Notes under the pieces: model-generated
What the model saw: the letters and a program-made list of their open reading frames with translations, nothing else
Told to the model about the DNA's origin: nothing
Database searches by the model: none
Assembly: GCA_036679645.1 (NCBI GenBank)
Contig: JAZDCY010000025.1
Coordinates: 1 to 49,289, forward strand
Origin: Gemmatimonadota bacterium
GTDB taxonomy: Bacteria > Gemmatimonadota > Gemmatimonadetes > Gemmatimonadales > GWC2-71-9
Direction of reading: 5' to 3'
Length of the DNA stretch: 49,289 nt
Part shown: positions 1 to 7,795 of the stretch, piece by piece
Layout: every line of letters begins with the position of its first letter
How positions within the stretch are numbered: position 1 is the first letter of the stretch
Translations under genes and position numbers: made by a program

Positions 1-29
1 TCTCCGTGCCGTACGGCAACGTCACCGTA

Positions 30-130
30 TCAGGAACGCGGTCCGTGCACCCGGATTGCCAGCTCCAGCACCGACTCCCAACCGCGAAGGTGCCTCGCCG
101 TTTCCCACGAACAGTCCAGGTACCGCGGCG
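30..130 (-). pseudogene. 3' fragment of the regulator at 6789-7742 (also at 2144-2229 and 4720-4820)
   Basis: Translates RYLDCSWETARHLRGWESVLELAIRVHGPRS*, matching RYLGCSWETARHLRGW near 7060-7110. Confidence 0.8.
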
Positions 131-161
131 TCACGGGCCGACTAGAGGCGCAGCGCCGACA

Positions 162-200
162 TTGCCGTTGGGCAACGTCACTGCCATTGCCGTCTGGCAA
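162..200. promoter_or_regulatory. Pair of TTGCC-N4-GGCAA palindromes 25 bp apart (a third at 6-19), with an overlapping minus-strand sigma54-like motif at 172-186
   Basis: TTGCCgttgGGCAA (162-175) and TTGCCgtctGGCAA (187-200); minus strand reads TGGCAG-tgacg-TTGC; same layout in other units. Confidence 0.6.
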
Positions 201-245
201 CCGGATGGGCTCCCGTGCCGGCGTTCTATGGACACTCTTCATCCC

Positions 246-331
246 ATGGAACTACCGAAGGTCGGGGTGGTGCAATCACGAGCACGGACACCGTGGATTT
301 CTTGCTCGCCGTCCTGGGCGTCAGGCGCTGA
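246..331 (+). pseudogene. Internally deleted thioredoxin-like gene (~454 bp missing relative to 2359-2901)
   Basis: ATG-ELPK (cf. GTG-QLPK at 2359) joined out of frame to GRGGAITSTDTVDFLLAVLGVRR* (cf. GRGGAITRTETVDSMLAALGVVRP*). Confidence 0.8.
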
Positions 332-369
332 TTGGCGAGCTGTTTCACCTCACACGCACGGAGGTCAAG

Positions 370-576
370 ATGAAACGCACACTCACGCGCACTATCCGTC
401 TTGCCGCGATCCTGGGGGTCGTCGCGGCACTCAGCTTCGGTGTCCAGCAAGCCGTGGCATCGTCGGCTACGACGAACTCCACCTCATGTACCTGTACATT
501 CCCCAACAATGGTGAATGTACCGATTGCTGTCAGGGGCCGGGGTTCTGCACTACGGCGGGGTTCTGCCTCTGCTAG
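370..576 (+). CDS. Secreted 8-Cys defensin-like peptide precursor, copy 1 (68 aa)
   Basis: GGAGG RBS; Sec-type signal ending QQAVA; core CTCTFPNNGECTDCCQGPGFCTTAGFCLC; two paralogs with identical Cys spacing. Confidence 0.9.
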   Translation: MKRTLTRTIRLAAILGVVAALSFGVQQAVASSATTNSTSCTCTFPNNGECTDCCQGPGFCTTAGFCLC

Positions 577-585
577 AGTATTTCT

Positions 586-628
586 GACAGAGAGGGGCCG
601 GCTTCCACGGAAATCGGCCCCTCTTGTC
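586..628. terminator. Hairpin between convergent peptide and lipoprotein genes
   Basis: AGAGGGGCCG...CGGCCCCTCT stem; equivalent hairpins in the other units. Confidence 0.7.
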
Positions 629-645
629 TGTCACTCTCTCAGGTT

Positions 646-2019
646 CTAGCGGACGCGCCCGGGCGTCAGCGAGTCAATTCTCTCGAAGTCCCGCGCGGAG
701 GTCTTCGTCCGTTGGAGCAGTATCTGCCCGCCAAACAACCCGAGCGATTTCCGCGCGATGGAGTAGTACCCCTCACCATCGTTGAAACGCCCACGCTGGA
801 GATCGAACACAGGACTGATACTCTGCGCACAGTACTTCTCGTCCCCTCCCAACGGATCGGAGATGCTGCGAGCGGCGATGGACGTGAACACGTCCAGAAT
901 CCGCTCGCGGGGAATCCGCGGGATGGAATTATTATAGTTTCCGGGCCGCATGAAGGGGACCGTGGTGAGATCCACCGTGTCCGCGACGAAGAAGATGGCT
1001 CCGAGGTCCAGGCGGAAAATCATGCCGCGGCCGAGGAACGATAGGAACTCCTCGACGATCGTCATCGTATTAGGCACGGCTGGATTATCGACGTCGGCCG
1101 AGCCGACGGACTCGAAACGCGCGTTTGCGAGGTTCGGGAGCCGACTATCCACCGCGCTGTGGTCAATGGCGTCGGTGGCGATCACGGCCGCGGTTCCTGG
1201 TGCCAACGGATACTGGGTCCCGGTGCCCGGAAGCCGAATGAGGTTTGGCGACCACAGCCCGGCCGAATCCGTCTGCCACTGCACCGTCAGCGAGCAGGGA
1301 AAAAAGCCCCGAGCTCCTTGCCCGAAGTCTCGGAGCCACAGAGGTCCGAACCCCACGAGCTTCCCGTCGAGATAGATCGTCGTATCGGCGTTGTTGTACA
1401 GCTCCAAGTAAGTTGCGTTCACGTACGAGTTGTCGTTGATGAAGGGCCAGCTGAAGTAGATCTCACTGATCACGAGCGAGCCGCGCCGCCCGGCGCTCGC
1501 GTTCAGCGCCACAGTCCGTTCCGGAGCCCGCAGCGTCACCACACCCCCTCCCGCAAACCCCGTCACGTCCTTGAGCTCCGGCCGCAACCGCGCTCGCTCC
1601 TCGGCCGTCAGCAGCCGCAACACCGACACGTCCCACGTCCCCGGCAAGAGGTCCGTGAACCGTACCTCCCCTGCCGAGTCCGTCACGCCGGCCACCTGAT
1701 CCGACGAGCCCCGGCGGCTCGCCTCCACTTGCCCGTCCGCCAGCGGGCCCTGGCTCCACCCGAGATCCTGGAACAGCGGCACGTCGCTGGAACTCTGTGC
1801 CACGGCCCGCGCCGTCACGACGAGCGCCGCCCGCTGCACGTTCCCGCCCGTAGTGTCCCGGCCCGAGGTGTCACGGGGCATCGTGCCAGTGGTATCGCTT
1901 CCTACGGAATCAGGGGGAGGAGGCGTGACCAGCCGCAACTCGGGGTTGCAGGCCGCGAACAGCCCGCCCGCTGCAACCGCGAGCCCGGCCAGCAGGAGGC
2001 CGGTACGGCATTGAGACAT
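646..2019 (-). CDS. DUF4876-like (lamin-tail-like) lipoprotein, copy 1 (457 aa)
   Basis: GGAGG before ATG 2019; lipobox LFAAC; motifs LVISEIYF, YLELYNNADTTIYLDG, YPLAPG, ATDAIDH, DVDNPAVPN; N-terminal prealbumin/carboxypeptidase-regulatory-like segment (VTDSAGEVRFTDLLPGTW). Confidence 0.8.
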   Translation of the reverse strand: MSQCRTGLLLAGLAVAAGGLFAACNPELRLVTPPPPDSVGSDTTGTMPRDTSGRDTTGGNVQRAALVVTARAVAQSSSDVPLFQDLGWSQGPLADGQVEASRRGSSDQVAGVTDSAGEVRFTDLLPGTWDVSVLRLLTAEERARLRPELKDVTGFAGGGVVTLRAPERTVALNASAGRRGSLVISEIYFSWPFINDNSYVNATYLELYNNADTTIYLDGKLVGFGPLWLRDFGQGARGFFPCSLTVQWQTDSAGLWSPNLIRLPGTGTQYPLAPGTAAVIATDAIDHSAVDSRLPNLANARFESVGSADVDNPAVPNTMTIVEEFLSFLGRGMIFRLDLGAIFFVADTVDLTTVPFMRPGNYNNSIPRIPRERILDVFTSIAARSISDPLGGDEKYCAQSISPVFDLQRGRFNDGEGYYSIARKSLGLFGGQILLQRTKTSARDFERIDSLTPGRVR

Positions 2020-2273
2020 GATTGCCTCCGGAACGACGTGGAGCTTCCGTATACTGATACCGCCGCATCGCCGGCCGCAAGAGGTACCGGCCCGCCGTCC
2101 GGCGCTCCGCGCGCTCTCCGTGCCGTACGGCAACGTCACCGCATCAGGAACGCGGTCCGTGCACCCGGATTGCCAGTTCTAGCACGGATTCCCAACCACG
2201 AAGGCGCCTCGCCGTTTGCCACGAACAGCGGAGGTGGCGCCGCGCCACCGGTCAAGAAGACCGTGCAGCCACG

Positions 2274-2312
2274 TTGCCGGTGAGCAATGTCGCTGCCGTT
2301 GCCGCCCGGCAA
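2274..2312. promoter_or_regulatory. Palindrome pair TTGCCggtgAGCAA / TTGCCgcccGGCAA (third at 2120-2133) with minus-strand sigma54-like CGGCAG-cgaca-TTGC
   Basis: Motif and 25-bp spacing are kept although the flank 2230-2273 is unrelated to the other units. Confidence 0.6.
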
Positions 2313-2358
2313 CCGGACGGGCTCACGTGCCGGCCCATTCCTGACATCTTGTCGTATC

Positions 2359-2901
2359 GTGCAGCTGCCAAAACTTCCCGCCCGCATGCTCGCGCGCGTC
2401 TTCGTCATGGCGGCCCTCCTCGGTGCCACCGGGCTCGTGGTCGTACTCGCGGCGCAGAGCCGGGAGTTGCGCGAGCAGGTTCGGCACCTACGCCGCGAGC
2501 GGCGGATTCTGCACGATGGAGTCGTCGTGCCCGCTTTCCGCACGACGGGGCGGCAGCTACTCATGATCCTCAACGCTGCATGCCTGTATTGCCGTGAGAC
2601 GCTACCGCATTGGAAAAACGTCCTCCGCCGCATCCGCGCCGACACCGTGGCGATTGAGCCTTACGCCGTCTCGCTCGACCCCGACAGTGTGGCGCGGGCG
2701 TACCTGACCGAGCACGCGTTCGACGTTCCCGTGATCCGGTTCCCGAACGAGCGGACCGCCGCGGTCTACCGCGCCATCGGTGTGCCGATCACCGTCGTGA
2801 TCGGTGCCGGCGGGCAGGTGCTCTACGGTCGGGGCGGAGCGATCACGAGAACGGAAACCGTGGATTCCATGCTCGCCGCCCTGGGTGTCGTCAGGCCCTG
2901 A
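2359..2901 (+). CDS. Membrane-anchored thioredoxin-fold protein (TlpA/ResA/MauD-like), CLYC active site
   Basis: N-terminal TM helix, CxxC, AVSLD, cis-Pro loop GVPITVVI; GTG start inferred from the ATG of the 246 paralog. Confidence 0.85.
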   Translation: MQLPKLPARMLARVFVMAALLGATGLVVVLAAQSRELREQVRHLRRERRILHDGVVVPAFRTTGRQLLMILNAACLYCRETLPHWKNVLRRIRADTVAIEPYAVSLDPDSVARAYLTEHAFDVPVIRFPNERTAAVYRAIGVPITVVIGAGGQVLYGRGGAITRTETVDSMLAALGVVRP

Positions 2902-2939
2902 TTGGCGAGCTGTTTCACATCACACGCACGGAGGTCAAC

Positions 2940-3146
2940 ATGAAACGCACACTCGCACGCACGGTCCGTCTGGCCGCAATCCTGGGGGTCGTCGGGGCTC
3001 TCAGCTTCGGTGTCCAGCAAGCCGTGGCCTCGTCGGCTACGACGAACTCCACCTCATGTACCTGTACGTTCCCTAATAACAGCGAATGCGATGACTGCTG
3101 CGGGGGAGATGGGTTCTGCCCTACGGCGGGGTTCTGCCTCTGCTAG
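2940..3146 (+). CDS. Secreted 8-Cys defensin-like peptide precursor, copy 2
   Basis: GGAGG RBS; signal peptide; core CTCTFPNNSECDDCCGGDGFCPTAGFCLC. Confidence 0.9.
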   Translation: MKRTLARTVRLAAILGVVGALSFGVQQAVASSATTNSTSCTCTFPNNSECDDCCGGDGFCPTAGFCLC

Positions 3147-3160
3147 AGTGTTTCTGAGAG

Positions 3161-3198
3161 GAGCGGCCGATTTCCGCTGAGGTGAAAATCGGCCGCTC
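3161..3198. terminator. Hairpin between convergent genes
   Basis: GAGCGGCCGATTT...AAATCGGCCGCTC. Confidence 0.7.
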
Positions 3199-3221
3199 TT
3201 GACTCTCAGTCTTTCCAGATT

Positions 3222-4595
3222 CTATGGGACCCGCCCGGGCGTCAGCGAGTCAACCCGTTCGAAATCCCGGGCCGAGGTCTTCGTGCGCAGCAGCAGGACG
3301 CGCCCGTCGAAGACGCCGAGGCTTTTCCGCGCGACGGAGTAGTACCCCTCACCATCATTGAAACGCCCACGCTGGAAATCGAACACGGGACTGATACTCT
3401 GCGCGCAGTACTTCTCGTCTCCTCCCAACGGATCCGAGATGCTGCGAGCGGCGATGGACGTGAACACGTCCAGAATCCGCTCGCGGGGAATGCGCGGAAT
3501 GGTGTTGTTGTAGGTTCCGGGACGCATCCAGGGCACCGCCGTCAGGTTCACAGGGTCCGCGACGAAGAAGATGGACCCGGTTGACACGCGGAAAATCACG
3601 CCGCGGCCCAAGAAGGTCAGAAACTCCTGTACGACGATGGTTGCGTTCGGCACCGAGGGATTGTCCACATCGGTCGAGCCAATCGACTCGAACCGCGCGT
3701 TCGTGAGGTTCGGTAGCCGGGCGTCCACCGCGCTGTGGTCAATGGCGTCGGTCGCTATCACGGCAGCGGCTCCAGGGGCCAGCGGATACTGCGTCCCGCC
3801 GCCGGGAAGCCTGATCAGGTTCGGCGACCACAGCCCGGCCGAATCGGTCTGCCACTGTACCGTGAGCGAACAGGGAAAGAACCCGCGCTGTGTTTGTCCG
3901 AAGTCTCGGAGCCAGGCAGGTCCCTTCCCCACGAGCTTCCCGTCGAGATAGATCGTGGTGTCGCTATTGTTGTAGAGTTCCAGATACGTGGCGTTCACGT
4001 ACGAGTTGTCGTTGATGAAGGGCCAGCTAAAGTAGATCTCGCTGATCACCAGCGAGCCGCGCCGCCCAGCGATCGCAAGCAGCGGTACCGTCCTTTCCGG
4101 AGCTCGCAGCGTCGCGTCCCTCGCCCCCGCGAACCCCGTCACGTCCCGCAGCTCCGGCCGCAGCCGCGCTCGCTCCTCCGGCGTCAGCAGCCGCAGCACC
4201 GATACGTCCCACGTCCCCGGCAAGAGTTCGGCGAACCGTACCTGCCCCGCCGAGTCCGTGACGCCGGCCACCTGATCCGAGGAGGCCCGGCGGCTAGCCT
4301 CCACCTGCCCGCCCACCAACGGCCCCTCGCTCCACCCCAGATCCTGGAGTAGCTGAAAGTCGCTGGAACTCTGCGCCACGATCCTTGCCGTCACGACGAG
4401 CGTCGCCCGCTGCACGTTCCCGCCCGTCGTGTCCTGGCTCGACGTATCACCGGGCATCGTGCCCGTCGTATCGCTGCTAAGCGAATCTGGGGGTGGAGGC
4501 GTGACTAGCCGCAGCTCGGGGTTACAGGCCGCCAACAACCCGCCCGCGGCAACCGCGAGCCCGGCCAGCAGGAGGCCGGTACGGCATTGAGACAT
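3222..4595 (-). CDS. DUF4876-like lipoprotein, copy 2 (457 aa)
   Basis: Close paralog of 646-2019; lipobox LLAAC. Confidence 0.8.
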   Translation of the reverse strand: MSQCRTGLLLAGLAVAAGGLLAACNPELRLVTPPPPDSLSSDTTGTMPGDTSSQDTTGGNVQRATLVVTARIVAQSSSDFQLLQDLGWSEGPLVGGQVEASRRASSDQVAGVTDSAGQVRFAELLPGTWDVSVLRLLTPEERARLRPELRDVTGFAGARDATLRAPERTVPLLAIAGRRGSLVISEIYFSWPFINDNSYVNATYLELYNNSDTTIYLDGKLVGKGPAWLRDFGQTQRGFFPCSLTVQWQTDSAGLWSPNLIRLPGGGTQYPLAPGAAAVIATDAIDHSAVDARLPNLTNARFESIGSTDVDNPSVPNATIVVQEFLTFLGRGVIFRVSTGSIFFVADPVNLTAVPWMRPGTYNNTIPRIPRERILDVFTSIAARSISDPLGGDEKYCAQSISPVFDFQRGRFNDGEGYYSVARKSLGVFDGRVLLLRTKTSARDFERVDSLTPGRVP

Positions 4596-4851
4596 GATTG
4601 CCTCCGGAACGACGTGGAGCTTCCGCATACTGATACCGTCGCATCGCCGGCCGCAAGGGGTAGCCGCACGTCGTCGGGCGCCCCGTGCGGTCTCCGTGCC
4701 GTACGGCAACGTCACCGCATCAGGAACGCGGTCCGCGCACCCGGATTGCCAGCTCCAGCACTGACTCCCAACCGCGCAGGCATCTTGCCGTTTCCCACGA
4801 ACAGTCCAGGTACCGCGGCCTCACAGGCCGACTAGAGGCGCAGCGCCGACA

Positions 4852-4890
4852 TTGCCGTTGGGCAACGTCACTGCCATTGCCGCCTGGCAA
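4852..4890. promoter_or_regulatory. Palindrome pair TTGCCgttgGGCAA / TTGCCgcctGGCAA (third at 4696-4709) with sigma54-like motif
   Basis: Same layout as 162-200. Confidence 0.6.
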
Positions 4891-4936
4891 CCGGACGGGC
4901 TCACGTGCCGGCCCATTCCTGACATCTTGTCGTATA

Positions 4937-5480
4937 GTGCAGCTGCCCAAACTTCCCGCCCGCATGCTCACGCGCGTCTTCGTCTTGGCGGCGCTGCTTG
5001 GTGGTACCGGACTCGTGGTCGTACTCGCGGCGCAGAGCCGGGAGTTGCGCGAGCAGGTTCGGCACCTACGCCGCGAGCGGCGGATTCTGCACGATGGAGT
5101 CGTCGTGCCCGCTTTCCGCACGACGCGGGCGCCAGTTGCTCATGATCTTCAACGCCGCATGCCCGTATTGCCTCGAGACGCTGCCGTATTGGAAGAACGT
5201 CGTCCGACGCATCCGCGCCAACACCGTGACGATTGAGCCTTACGCAGTCTCGCTCGACCCCGACAGTGTGGCGCGGGCGTACCTGACCGAGCACGCGTTC
5301 GACGTTCCCGCGATCCGGTTCCCGAACGAGCGGACCGCCGCCGTCTACCGCGCCATCGGTGTGCCGATCACTGTCGTGATCGGAGCCGGGGGGCAAGTGC
5401 TCTACGGCCGGGGCGGAGCGATCACGAGAACGGAAACAGTGGATTCCCTACTCGCCGTGCTGGGCATAGTCAGGCCCTGA
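4937..5480 (+). pseudogene. Thioredoxin-like gene, CPYC site, +1 frameshift near 5126 (may be a sequencing error)
   Basis: acgacg-C-gggcgccag versus acgacg-gggcggcag in the 2359 copy; 544 nt versus 543 nt. Confidence 0.75.
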
Positions 5481-5523
5481 CGGGCGCGTCCATCACCCTC
5501 AACTTCCTTATACGGAGGTTATC

Positions 5524-5730
5524 ATGAAACGTACACTCACCCGCACGCTTCGTCTGGTCGCGGTTCTGGGGGTTCTCGCGGCGCTCAGCTTCGGCGTCCA
5601 GGAAGCCGTGGCATCGTCGGCGACGCAGGACTCCGCCACGTGTCACTGTCAGTTCCCCGACAACAGTCCGTGCCTCGGGTGCTGTGGCGGACCCGGCTTC
5701 TGCACGACCGCAAACATCTGCATTTGCTAG
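5524..5730 (+). CDS. Secreted 8-Cys defensin-like peptide precursor, copy 3 (most divergent)
   Basis: GGAGG RBS; core CHCQFPDNSPCLGCCGGPGFCTTANICIC; all 8 Cys kept. Confidence 0.9.
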   Translation: MKRTLTRTLRLVAVLGVLAALSFGVQEAVASSATQDSATCHCQFPDNSPCLGCCGGPGFCTTANICIC

Positions 5731-5745
5731 GACGTACTCCCAGGA

Positions 5746-5781
5746 GAGCGGGGCCGACTCCGGTGGAAATCGGCCCCGCTC
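5746..5781. terminator. Hairpin between convergent genes
   Basis: GAGCGGGGCCGA...TCGGCCCCGCTC. Confidence 0.7.
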
Positions 5782-5802
5782 GACTCTCAGTCTTTGCAGA
5801 TT

Positions 5803-6993
5803 CTAGGGGACGCGCCCATCTTCGTGCGTTGCAGCAGTATCTGCCCGCCAAACAACCCGAGTGACTTGCGCGCGATAGCGTAGAAGTCGTCGCCGTCGGC
5901 GAAGCGTCCTTCTTGCAGGTCAAAAACCTCGTTGATGAAGTTCTCGCAGTACTTCGCACCCCCGACCCCGTCCGTGATTCGTCGCGTGGCCTTGGATGAG
6001 AAGACGTCGAGGATTGCCTGCCGAGGGATCCGCGGGATGGAATTATTGTATTGTCCGGGCCGCATCCAGGGCACCGTCGTGAGATCCACCGTATCCGCCA
6101 CAAAATAGATGGTACCTAGGGTATTGCTGAAGATGATTCCCCGGCCGAGAAACGTTAGGAACTCTTGCACCACGATAGTGGCGTTTGGCACAGACGGATT
6201 GTCCACGTCGGCCGAGCCGATTGACTCGAACCGCGCGTTGGCAAGGTTCGGGAGCCGACTATCCACCGTGCTGTGGTCAATGGCGTCGGTGGCGATCACG
6301 GCCGCTGCCCCGGGCGCCAGGGGATACTGTGTCCCGCTGCCGGGAAGCCGGAGCAGTTCGGGTGACCAAAGCCCTAGCGAGTCGTTTTGCCACTGCTGCG
6401 TCAACGAGCAGGGAAAGAATCCGCGTTGAGTGTCCCCAAAATCCCAGAACCAGAATGGTCCCCTTCCGACGAGCTTTCCGTCCAGATAGATCGTGGTATC
6501 GCTGTTGTTGTACAGTTCGATATAGGTGGCGTTGAAGTACACGTTATCGTTGATGAAGGGCCAGGTGAAGAAGATCTCGCTGATCACGAGCGAGCCGCGC
6601 CGCCCGGCGCTCGCGTTCAACGCCACCGTCCGTTCCGGAGCCCGCAGCGTCACCACCCCCCCTCCCGCAAACCCCGTCACGTCCTTAAGCTCCCGCCTCC
6701 ACTTGCCCGTCCGCCAGCGGGCCCTGGCTCCACCCCAGATCCTGGAACAGCGGCACGTCGCTGGAACTCTGTGCCACGGCCCGCGCCGTCACGACGAGCG
6801 CCGCCCGCTGCACGTTCCCACCCGTCGTGTCCTGGCCTGACGTATCACCGGGCATCGTGCCCGTCGTATCGCTGCTAACCGAATCTGGGGGTGGAGGCGT
6901 GACCAGCCGCAGCTCGGGGTTACAGGCCGCGAACAGCCCGCCCGCGGCAACCGCGAGCCCGGCCAGCAGGAGACCGGTACGGCATTGGGACAT
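5803..6993 (-). pseudogene. DUF4876-like lipoprotein, copy 3, broken by ~140-bp (near 6693) and ~40-bp (near 5817) deletions
   Basis: Alignment by eye to copy 1; N-terminus lies in ORF 6685-7263 and the body in ORF 5787-6680. Confidence 0.8.
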
Positions 6994-7742
6994 GATCGCC
7001 TCCGGGACGGCGTGAAGCTTCCGCATACTGATACCGTCGCATCGCCGGCCGCAAGGGGTACCCAACCGCGAAGGTGCCTCGCCGTTTCCCACGAACAGCC
7101 CAAATACCGCCGCGCCCGAGTATGCCACGTTCGTGGGTTGGTGGTGTCTGTACCACTCCAGCCCGCGGCGCGCAGGGCCATCCGGGCCACGATGCGCCAG
7201 TCCCGGGCGTTCCATCGGCTGAGCCGCGCGAGCCGCCTGCTGTAGTAGGAGCTGGAGCGACATGATGACGGAGTCGAACTCACGACGGCCGCGAATTGTT
7301 CCGCCAGCAAGCCTCCCAGCTCGTCCGAGCGGAGTCGCAATGCGACGAACCGGGCCAGCACCGTCGGAGGCGGAACGGGACGCGCGTCGACCGCGCGAAG
7401 GACGCGCTCGGGCCGAAGCGGAACGCCCACGGGCAGATCATCTCGGGCGAGTACGTGGCTCCAGTCGGGTATGCAGTCGATCAGATGCTCGAGCAAGGCG
7501 GGCCGGGAAGACTGGAACAGACACGGCACGATCCAAGGCCATTGGTGACGTCGAACCACCAGCGTCGCGGTGCCGGCAAGTGCGTCCGGTGCACTCCCCC
7601 TTCCATCGGCACACAGAATCGTGCCAACTTCGGGCTGGCCTTGAGCTGCGTGGGCTGCCGCGGCCAGCGACCGGTATGGAGGGGTCATCACGTACACGTT
7701 GGCCTGCGAGGGCCACGGAACCGAAAGCGGCGGGGCGCTCAT
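6789..7742 (-). CDS. Putative transcriptional regulator with a degenerate AraC-like C-terminal HTH; native stop removed by a ~104-bp deletion at 7060
   Basis: GGAG RBS before ATG 7742; SYYSRRLARLSRWNARDWRIVARM...RTWHTRARRYLGCS resembles a two-HTH AraC region; the intact 3' end survives in the duplicated fragments. Confidence 0.45.
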   Translation of the reverse strand: MSAPPLSVPWPSQANVYVMTPPYRSLAAAAHAAQGQPEVGTILCADGRGSAPDALAGTATLVVRRHQWPWIVPCLFQSSRPALLEHLIDCIPDWSHVLARDDLPVGVPLRPERVLRAVDARPVPPPTVLARFVALRLRSDELGGLLAEQFAAVVSSTPSSCRSSSYYSRRLARLSRWNARDWRIVARMALRAAGWSGTDTTNPRTWHTRARRYLGCSWETARHLRGWVPLAAGDATVSVCGSFTPSRRRSCPNAVPVSCWPGSRLPRAGCSRPVTPSCGWSRLHPQIRLAAIRRARCPVIRQARTRRVGTCSGRRSS

Positions 7743-7782
7743 GGTCACACTCCAACAACGGCATCCGCCGAAAAATATCCTG

Positions 7783-7795
7783 CCCCCCCCCCCCC
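7783..7795 (-). repeat. G13 homopolymer ~40 bp upstream of the regulator start
   Basis: 13 consecutive C on the + strand. Confidence 0.85.

Larger units (their letters stand above)
1..7110. repeat. Tandem array of ~2.58-kb units (trx -> Cys-rich peptide -> <- DUF4876-like lipoprotein <- regulator 3' fragment); continues off the left edge
   Basis: Homologous landmarks recur: peptide starts 370/2940/5524; lipoprotein stops 646/3222/5803; GTGCCGTACGGCAAC at 6/2120/4696. Bases 1-215 are near-identical to 4691-4905. Confidence 0.97.

Noticed and set aside
187..369. 129-aa extension of peptide copy 1
   Set aside because: The extension runs through promoter and thioredoxin-remnant DNA; paralogs start at the MKR codon with an RBS.
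2020..2139. Longer 497-aa starts for the lipoproteins (2139, 4715)
   Set aside because: ATG at 2019/4595 has a GGAGG RBS and puts the signal peptide and lipobox at the N-terminus.
370..5730. Peptides as classical RiPP precursors (lanthipeptide, ranthipeptide, MNIO substrate)
   Set aside because: The leader is a Sec-type signal and no LanM, radical SAM, YcaO, DUF692 or peptidase-transporter gene is visible in the window; enzymes encoded elsewhere cannot be excluded.
1..7110. Array as a DGR or invertible shufflon
   Set aside because: No reverse transcriptase or recombinase is visible, differences are not obviously adenine-specific, and all units have the same orientation.
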